DNA from: Octopus sinensis | Lineage: Eukaryota | Length of the DNA: 64,000 nt | Reading direction: 5' to 3' | NCBI RefSeq assembly: GCF_006345805.1 | Contig: NC_043016.1 | Coordinates: 5,394,001 to 5,458,000 of the forward strand | Shown here: positions 56,300 through 64,000 of the stretch, piece after piece | How the letters are laid out: the number at the start of each line of letters is the position of its first letter | Position numbering within the stretch: the stretch's first letter is position 1 | Notes under the pieces: generated by a model | Seen by the model: only the letters and a program-made list of their open reading frames with translations | What the model was told of the DNA's origin: nothing | Databases searched by the model: none | Translations under genes and position numbers: made by a program

Positions 56300-56870
56300 A
56301 AACTGGCTCTCCGTCGGTTACGACGACGCGAGGTCTGGTTGATTCGATGAACGGAACAGACTGTCCATGAAATTAACGTGTAGATGGCTGAGCACTCCAC
56401 AAACAGAATGTGACAAGGCTGGCCTTTGTAATACAAATACAAATCATTTTTGCCAGCTGAGTGGACGAGAGTAACATGAACTAAAGTGTCTTGCTCAACG
56501 ACACAACGTACAGCCGAAAATCGAACACATGACCTTAAAATTGTGAGCTGAATACATTGGCACGCCGTCGGTTACGATGAGGAATGTTCCACTTCATTCG
56601 GTCAACGGAAGAGCCTGTTCGTGAAACTAACGTGCAATTGGCTGAGTGCTCCACAGAAGTCGCGTTCCTCTAACATAGTTCTCAGGGATATTCAGCATGA
56701 CATAGAATGTGACACCGCTGGTCCTTCGAATGAAAGATACCACTCATTTTTGCCAGCTGAGTGAACTGGAGCAACGAGTTCCTGCTCAAGGACACAATGC
56801 CCAGGCGGGAATCGAGCTCCAGACCATACGATCATGAGCCGAATACCCTAACCGCTAAGCCACGTACCTT
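56300..56870 (-). mobile_element. Two tandem CORE-type SINE C copies (56300-56550, 56562-56870)
   Basis: Repeated tcatttttgccagctgagtg(g/a)ac and ttgctcaa(c/g)gacacaa; tRNA-like heads. Confidence 0.75.
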
Positions 56871-57768
56871 CACTAATGTGCTGAAATAGAGATCTCTTAT
56901 AAACAACTGAGAAAGATAATGTCCGGTTGTAGAAGATACATGCAACGGTTTAGCATAGATATATATATCCAGCCATTATAAATGAATATCGAACAATTTA
57001 TCAATAGCGTTTATTATATTTACAAATATATCAGTCTGTGTTTTAAGTGATGCGTTTATATTTGCATCCGTATATATGTGCGTGTATGTGTGCGAGTCTA
57101 TGTGTGTGTATAAGTGTTTGTAAATGTGTATAAATGTGAGTATTGGTGTGTGCATGCGCCCCGTCAGTGAAGGTCTTCTGCTTAAACAACAACACCTGCA
57201 TGCATTATCGAATAGCCGAATATTTAGCTGAGCAAGAAAGCTTTTATTTAATCCAGGAACTGAGCAGAAATGTCAGGTGCAGCACTACTGTTTTCCTTCT
57301 CCCTCCCCCCTCTCTCTCTCACACACACACACACAAATAGTTACATACACATATACACACACTGATATGCAATACAGACACGCGCACATACAAATAAACA
57401 TATTCACGCACATACACACGATCATATTTCTGATGTTTTCTCTACGTCTGTGTGAGAATTTCTCTTTCTTCACCACCCTATACTTGTGTGATTTCGTGTG
57501 TCTGTGTATCTGTCTGCCTGTGCATGTGTCTGTGTCAGTGCCTGTGTGTCTGTCTGTGTCTGTATGTGTTTGTGTGTGGTGTAGTGCAATATATGGATTC
57601 AGTGAATCATGTGACTATCACAGAAAGCTCTTCGAGGCGCACACGGCTAGCAGACCACATAAATAATCCAATAGGAGGAGTATAATCCAGATTTTAAGTC
57701 AATTGGACCGATTTGTTCAACATGGGCTCCACGCAAACGTTCGAGCGGAGGACGCTATGATGAATTAA

Positions 57769-57870
57769 ACATTTCCGAATGTTTTTATTGCTCTGAGAAT
57801 TTACTTAACAATACCTGTAACAGATGCATCAGGTAAAAAAAAGTTTTTTAAAGTGATAACTTATTAAAAT
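57769..57870 (+). mobile_element. hAT transposase C-terminal dimerization-domain remnant
   Basis: TFPNVFIALRIYLTIPVTDASGKKSFLK**LIK. Confidence 0.7.
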
Positions 57871-58386
57871 ATAGGAGCAGACGTGGCTGTGTGGTAAGAA
57901 GATAGCTTCCCAACGACATGGTTCTGGGTTCAGTCCCACTGCATGGCACCTTCGGCAAGTGTCATCTACTATAAGCTCGGGCCCTCGGGCCGACCAAAGC
58001 CTTGTGAGTGGATTTGATACGCAGAAACTGAAACAAGCCCGTCGTATATATATATAAGAATTTTTTGCGTAATGAGATAAAAAAAATCAAGGCTGTGTAG
58101 ATATTAGAACATTTATAGATAAAAGGCCTTACAGCTGTTTCCAGTATATTTATTAATTATATCTCTTCACCGGAGACGGTGTGAGAGGATGGTTAAGTAA
58201 TAGTTAATTTAGATAGGATACAAAACAGAGAGTGAGGTGGAGGAAAGAAAATTGATGTGAGATATGTAGGGATATTGTATTTGTAGATCCATTTTTTAGG
58301 CAGAATAGTATATATGTAAGATTCCATGACCTTATGAGTAAAATCTAACAGTATTTAAAATTGGTCATTCCAAAATTGGTCATCCC

Positions 58387-58428
<42 letters not shown>

Positions 58429-58715
58429 ATGTGTGTGTATATATGTATGTATATATATATGTGTGTGTGTATATATATAAATGCATATACATATACATGT
58501 ATATGTTTGTGTGTCTATGTTTGTCTCCCCACCATCACTTGACAACCGATGTTGGTGTGTTTATGTCCCTGATACTTAGCGATTCGGCAAAAGATACCGA
58601 TAGAATAAGTACTAGGCTTACAAAGAATAAATCCTGGGGTCGATTTCTTCGACTAAAAGACGGTTCTCTAGCATGACTGCGGTCAAATGTCTGAAACAAA
58701 TAAAAGAATAAAAGA
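57871..58715 (+). mobile_element. SINE A split by a Penelope-like insert (~58056-58385) in its internal (TA)n
   Basis: Head half 57871-58056, tail half 58480-58715. Confidence 0.75.
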
Positions 58716-58719
58716 ATAC

Positions 58720-59834
58720 CTACGGTCAACAGTTTCACAAGAGAGACTAAATAAATTGGCGATGCTATCTATAGAAAATGACACGCATCCTGCCCTTGTC
58801 GGGGCATAGACGGCAACCAACCTGAAAGTATGTCCTTCGCTGCCATTCACATCCAGTAGCTCCGACCTACCTTCCAGAACCAAGAAGTTGATCCGTATCG
58901 CGAGATCCAGATTTTTCCGAAACATCACAGTGACTCTGCCTCCTGCTCCCAGACGACTTGGGTTGAAAGTCTCCTGAGTCGAAAATTCCGGTTTCACTAA
59001 TGGCCACTACAACGACATTCAGTGACCTAAAGTCGTTGAGCAGGTGACCCCCGCTTCCAAAGGGACCCCAGGCCACGTGCTTTCATGCTGCCTATTCTGA
59101 GCACGACCGTATTGTTGGAAAAAGTATAGAAAGGAAATGGGAAAACTTACTTGGTTTTGTTTGGAAGGGCAGTTTGTCCCTCCCTCCTGTTGGACTGCGG
59201 TGTTTTAACCAGCAAATCAGCAAGTCTTGTGTTGTTTGAATTATTTTTTATGTATGTAGGTAACTGTGAGTGTAACAAAATCTGTTTGTGTTATATTACT
59301 GTGTGTTTTTATGTAATTTATATCTGCGGTTTTTTTAGTTAATTTCTTATAATTAGTAATGGTACTGCCTTTACTTTGTATTTGCTGCTGCTGTTGTTGT
59401 CGTTGTTGTTGTTGTCGTCGTGGTTGTGGTGGTAGGGGTGGTCGTCGTCGTCGTCGTGGTGGGGTTGGTGTTGGTGGTAGTGGTGGTGGTGATTGTGTTG
59501 TTCCTGTGGTTCTGTATGGGATGGGTTGTGTCAGTGTTTCAGGTGTTTGTGGCAGTGGTGGTGATGTCGTGTCTGTTTCGGATGTATTTAGCTTTGTATC
59601 TTTTAGTTTTTTTTCTTTCCACTATTTGTGTAGATGCGGATTGTTCTTTGTGAATTTGTAGTCTTTTCTTCTTCTTTTTCCTACTTCTCGATCCGATCAG
59701 TCTCTCCACATGATGTCTGCTCACTCAGTATTGAGAAGTGGAATATCCTCTGGAGCTGTGAAGTGTCTGGAGGAATTTGGTGTTGGTACGGTGAGTATTG
59801 GCTCTGCCGTGGCTGATGTTGATGGTGCTGTTGC

Positions 59835-59891
<57 letters not shown>

Positions 59892-60290
59892 CGTTGTTGT
59901 TTGAGCTGGGTGGGGAGAGGTAATCTCTTTTTCTTTTTCTTTCAATTCAGTGCAGATGACATTTAGGTGAGTGGTCGCAAGGCAGATATGGCTCTTTGCC
60001 TTCATTCTATCCACTCTGATTGGAATGATGATGCCTCCAGGAAGATGAATCTGGTCTGGGATAACATGCACGTTCTTTTTGTCTGATAGACTTCGAGGAT
60101 TTTTGAGTTTTCCCTGATGCCTATTCTAACTGCAACAATTAGCCTAAGAATGGCTATTTCTGGCGACACCAGCTGTATATGCTTTTTGCTTGTCTCTGAT
60201 CTCAATAAGGAACTAGCAGCAGCTCCTCGCTTTTGAAAGGCTTAAGTGAGTGAGATTTTGCTTCCTTCAACTCGAATACAAATGCTCAGC
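58720..60290 (-). mobile_element. Tx1-like T5: ORF1 remnant and APE N-terminus, truncated
   Basis: GHLLNDFRSLNVVVVAISETG, GGRVTVMFRKNL, FRLVAVYAP; ORF1 knuckle relic SHICLATTHLNVIC and poly-Thr tracts. Confidence 0.75.
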
Positions 60291-60294
60291 GGTG

Positions 60295-60420
60295 CAATAA
60301 ATCATCTTTTCTGTATGGATTACTTGAAGTTGGATGCTATAGGTAACAAGCAACTAGAAACACTGCTGCAGACTGTACATGGACTTACTAAAGAAATTAA
60401 TAAGAAATTCTATTGAAAAA
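60295..60420 (+). mobile_element. R4/Dong-like RT domain-5 fragment
   Basis: NHLFCMDYLKLDAIGNKQLETLLQTVHGLTKEI. Confidence 0.6.
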
Positions 60421-60831
60421 GTTGCGGGAGGGCGAAAAAAGGGATTAAAACCAAAAACAGCAATTAATATCATATTGGATAAAGAAACAAACACAATAGC
60501 ATAAAATCAAACGCAAACTTGTAAATATTTATAAGTTATGAATGAGCCAAAGTACATATATATATTCATAAAATGTTTCTTTCATTTGTGTGTAATATGT
60601 TTTCGATATTAGTATTTAAAATAGGGTTAATAGCTAAAAATTTATCATGGGTATCGATTGTCTAGCAGTTCCAGTAATAAGTTATAGTTATTAATAGCTA
60701 CAACTAGGAGCTTTTGAGTAGCTTTTGAGTAACAATTTTTTTTATCACTATTTGCTTCTATCTGGAAACCAAAGGAAATGACTACTATTCCCTTCAAACT
60801 TTGCTTTTGTGACCTAGACATAAACTATGTG

Positions 60832-61110
60832 TTGCTTGCTGAGATCCTGGTGAAGAACTACGGCAAAATGGGCTGCATATTATCCCTCAAAGTCCATATT
60901 TTTTACGCTTATCTTGATAAATTCAAGGAGAATATGGGGACGTAATCAAAAGAAGAAGGCGAGTGCTTCCACCAGGACATACAGAAGTTTCAACACTACA
61001 ACCAAAGATCGTATAACGAAAACATGACGGGAGATTGCATTTGGATGATTTGTGAAAGCAATTTACTGTATAAGGTAAATTGCGAAAAACCACTCACTTC
61101 TAAATTTTTT
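60832..61110 (+). mobile_element. DNA transposase C-terminal remnant, Chapaev(CMC)-like
   Basis: YGKMGCILSLKVHIFYAYLDKFKENMGT*SKEEGECFHQDI...YNENMTGDCIW matches the SLKxH..HLD.F.EN.G..S.E.GERFHQDI family; the superfamily label is from memory. Confidence 0.6.
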
Positions 61111-61196
61111 ATGGTCGCTCTTGTGCAATCCAAGAATAAATAAATGTTACTTATGAATCATGTCGTTTTGATTCTACTTTAAGTCAACAGGAATAC

Positions 61197-61598
61197 TCTT
61201 TACTCTCTTTAATTGTTTCAGAAGTTGACTGCGGCCATGCTGGAGCACTGACTTTAGTCGAGCAAATCGACCCAAGGACTTATTCTTTGCAAGCCTAGTA
61301 CTTATTCTATCGGTCTCTTCTGCCGAACCGCTAAGTTACGGGGACCTAAACACACCAACATCGCTTGTCAAGCGATGTTGGGGCAACAAACGCAGACACA
61401 CAAACACACACACATATATATACATATACATATATACGACGGGCTTCTTTCAGTTTCCGTCTACCAAATCCACTCACAAGGCTTTGGTCGGCCCGAGGCT
61501 ATAGTAGAAGACACTTGCCCAAAGTGCCAAGCAGTGGGAATGAACCCGGAACCATGTAGTTGGTAAGCAAGCTACTTACCACACAACCACTCCTGTGC
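61197..61598 (-). mobile_element. SINE A
   Basis: Homology to other A copies. Confidence 0.88.
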
Positions 61599-61654
61599 CT
61601 GTTCACATTCGCCAGTTTACCCTATGAGAATAGGTAAATTTCAGAAATATCATC

Positions 61655-61825
61655 AGGGCAAATATTCTGCTCGTTACCACAGATTTGCTTGTCAGCTGCT
61701 TGGCCTTAAACTACTTTAGCAAGTCCCTTAGTGGCTGACCATATGTGCGTCACTGATCACGAGCAGGAGTAGTGAGGGAGCATCACAGCCATGTGTTGAG
61801 AGGGATTGTTTGGGGTTTGAATAAA
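61655..61825. repeat. Unclassified repeat U, partial copy 3
   Basis: Homology to 4706-4880. Confidence 0.7.
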
Positions 61826-62189
61826 TATCAACAAAAGCAAAGTTTTAAGTAAATATTAACCATTTTTCATACTTTCTACGGGTAAGCAAGTAGGAAATAA
61901 TAGTTGCTACCTACGGACAAACATCGTGTTAGTGTTACTGCATATGCAATAAACGGTCTATGATCCAAACACAAACTTGTAGAAAATTATTCTATAAAAA
62001 CTTTATAGACACACTAATGTGACATGTCACTTTATGTATTCAAAAAATTTAATTTCTTCAACAAAATGCTCTCTGGCAATTATAATACCATTGTTACGAA
62101 TGACAAGAGTGTAGGACCACAAAAATATCCAGTGAAAATAAATGGAAATTAATGCGAAAAACTACAGATGAACGAAACAAAATAATGAT

Positions 62190-62366
<177 letters not shown>

Positions 62367-62449
62367 CATTTAGATACATAGGCAGGCAATAGCCAGACAG
62401 AAAGAAAGAAGGCGTTCGGAATAAATATAGCGATTTTATGCTTGATATA

Positions 62450-63070
62450 TTGGTGAATAGTCAACAGCGTTGGAGAATATAAGGATTAATGTTGTAGTTG
62501 AGAAAAAGTTAACTGTCATGAGGACTGGAGACTATCTGAATTGGGTAAAAGAGTGACCTGCATCATGATGATTCACCACATCACAACTTGTTCCACGTAC
62601 TGTAAACACTGTAAAAGATGTATGACGTGACACGAATGCAGACTACGAAGCTGTAGCCAACAGCGAGGGCTACTGCAGTCGTTATGACTGCATCCGTTGG
62701 CTGGAGTTCTCCACACTTTTGAACAGTGCCTCAGACTTAATTCAGACGGCTATGTGGAGTTGCTGGAAACTGGTCAATCCCTGTTAGAAAGCCATATGTG
62801 AGGCAGCAGTATTCAGTTGCTTGCCATATCCAGGAAATAGTCAGAGGTTGTTGTCAGAGAATTTCTACAACTTAACCAGCCCCAATTTTTAACCTCCTAA
62901 TTACCCCATTATAACCCCCATGGATTTGTATGTGTAGAGCCCTGTAAAGACAGATACCAACCGTCCTGCCTGCCACACTTGGCCGAACTGGTGGTCAAGG
63001 TCAAGGAGGTATTCAAATATCTTCCCAGAAACACAGTGAGGAACACATGTACCAGGTTCCGGAGCCGTCT

Positions 63071-63148
<78 letters not shown>

Positions 63149-63610
63149 CCACCCGCCAAACTTATCAGTCCAACGTCATAACCTCCAGGCCCTGGATGCA
63201 GTGTCTGCAGTCAAGTTGTCAATGTGTGATGACATTTTCCTCTTCTTACATCACCATAAAGTGGGTTCCACAAGACTAATTTGGATACTTCCAATCCAAA
63301 TGGTCGCAGTCATCTTTTCCTAAGTCTTCATAAAGGCATTCGTTTATCATATGTTGCTGCTATTTCACATTTAGGGTAATTCGTAACATCCTTGGGTAGC
63401 AACCTTGGTAACATCCTTGGGTAGCAACCATTAAGCCCGTTTGATAAAAGAAAAAATAAAGTGGACGGGGAGCTGACACTTTAGCAGCTCAAGACAGATT
63501 CTGGCAAGCCAAGATAGTGACCCATTTTTGATTCCCTTATAACCCTGTTTCCCTGCTTCTCTGCCGTCTTGAGGCCGTGGTGCAAGTCGAGGATGGCTAT
63601 TTTGAATAAA
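62450..63610 (+). mobile_element. Tc1/mariner-superfamily (maT/DD37D-like) transposase remnant, interrupted at 63072-63562
   Basis: DYEAVA.., LRLNSDGYVELLET, PYVRQQYS, PMD, AELVVKVKEVFKYLPRNTVRNTCTRFRSRL | EAVVQVEDGYFE*. Confidence 0.7.
63072..63562 (-). mobile_element. 5'-truncated RTE-X-like LINE end with a (CTA)n tail and 8-bp TSD
   Basis: gccgtctt at 63064-63071 and 63563-63570; (AGT)n 63072-63147; LWNPLYGDVRRGK..IDNLTADT..LEVMTLD..VWR. Confidence 0.75.
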
Positions 63611-63630
63611 ATGTTATCACTGAAACATAA

Positions 63631-64000
63631 CACTGTTCAACAAAATGAAACTTTTTAAAATCGTCAGAGTTGCTGATTGACTTTTCTGGGGTAATTTTTG
63701 ATGCTGATTTCGAATCTGAAGTCCGATTTTCTCTATCAGGTCACATTTTCGTGTTAATGGTACCTGCTGTTTTAACTTATAGGATACGTAAAGCATGTCT
63801 ATATAAAGTATATTGACTACAAGATACAATGATTTCCTGACTTTTTATTGTACAAAATTAAAATTATTGTGTACAAATAAGTTAGAATACACTCAAATGC
63901 ATAACAACTTGAAATCTTTGGGATTTGGACTTTCTATAGTGCTTTGTCTCAGGTTCATCCCTGTATAACATCCAACAGTAGTCAGCTAACATTACTGCAT
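63631..64000. mobile_element. Possible terminal region of a CAC-ended DNA transposon (Chapaev-like), running off the window
   Basis: Begins cactgttcaacaaaatg, then tgatgctgatttcgaatctgaagtccgattttctctatc; the other end is not visible. Confidence 0.3.

Noticed and set aside
57143-57340. Possible exon VKVFCLNNNTC...LSRNV
   Set aside because: No recognisable homology and only weak splice sites.
58124-58172. Hammerhead relic on the minus strand (GUGAAGA...GAAA CAGCU GUA)
   Set aside because: Core C3 is mutated and stems I and II pair poorly; probably a fossil, not called functional.

Overview
Eukaryotic, AT-rich window that is almost entirely transposable elements and microsatellites. The SINE families and repeat landscape resemble an octopod cephalopod genome (my recognition, not a database result). 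No host protein-coding gene can be supported, and most listed ORFs are microsatellite translations or TE fragments. Contents: five R4/Dong-like RLE non-LTR copies or fragments, mostly next to (TAA)n tracts; a Tx1/L1-like cluster (32-47 kb) with two full-length ~5.8-5.9 kb elements in tandem, where every intact end abuts a (TCTA)n/(GATA)n tract; RTE, RTE-X and CRE fragments; a truncated Gypsy element; a near-intact DD34D mariner; maT-, hAT- and Chapaev-like remnants; Helitron/Helentron-like non-autonomous elements; about 20 tRNA-derived SINE copies; and Penelope-like pieces carrying at least five hammerhead-ribozyme motifs and two long fold-backs. The best leads are (1) a GATA/TCTA-microsatellite-targeting Tx1 family with no poly(A) tail, (2) a short element with a tRNA (Pol III) head and a hammerhead ribozyme, (3) apparent partitioning of microsatellite targets among retroelement clades, and (4) a circularly permuted inverted duplication. 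TE boundaries are approximate unless TIRs, TSDs or junctions are quoted.
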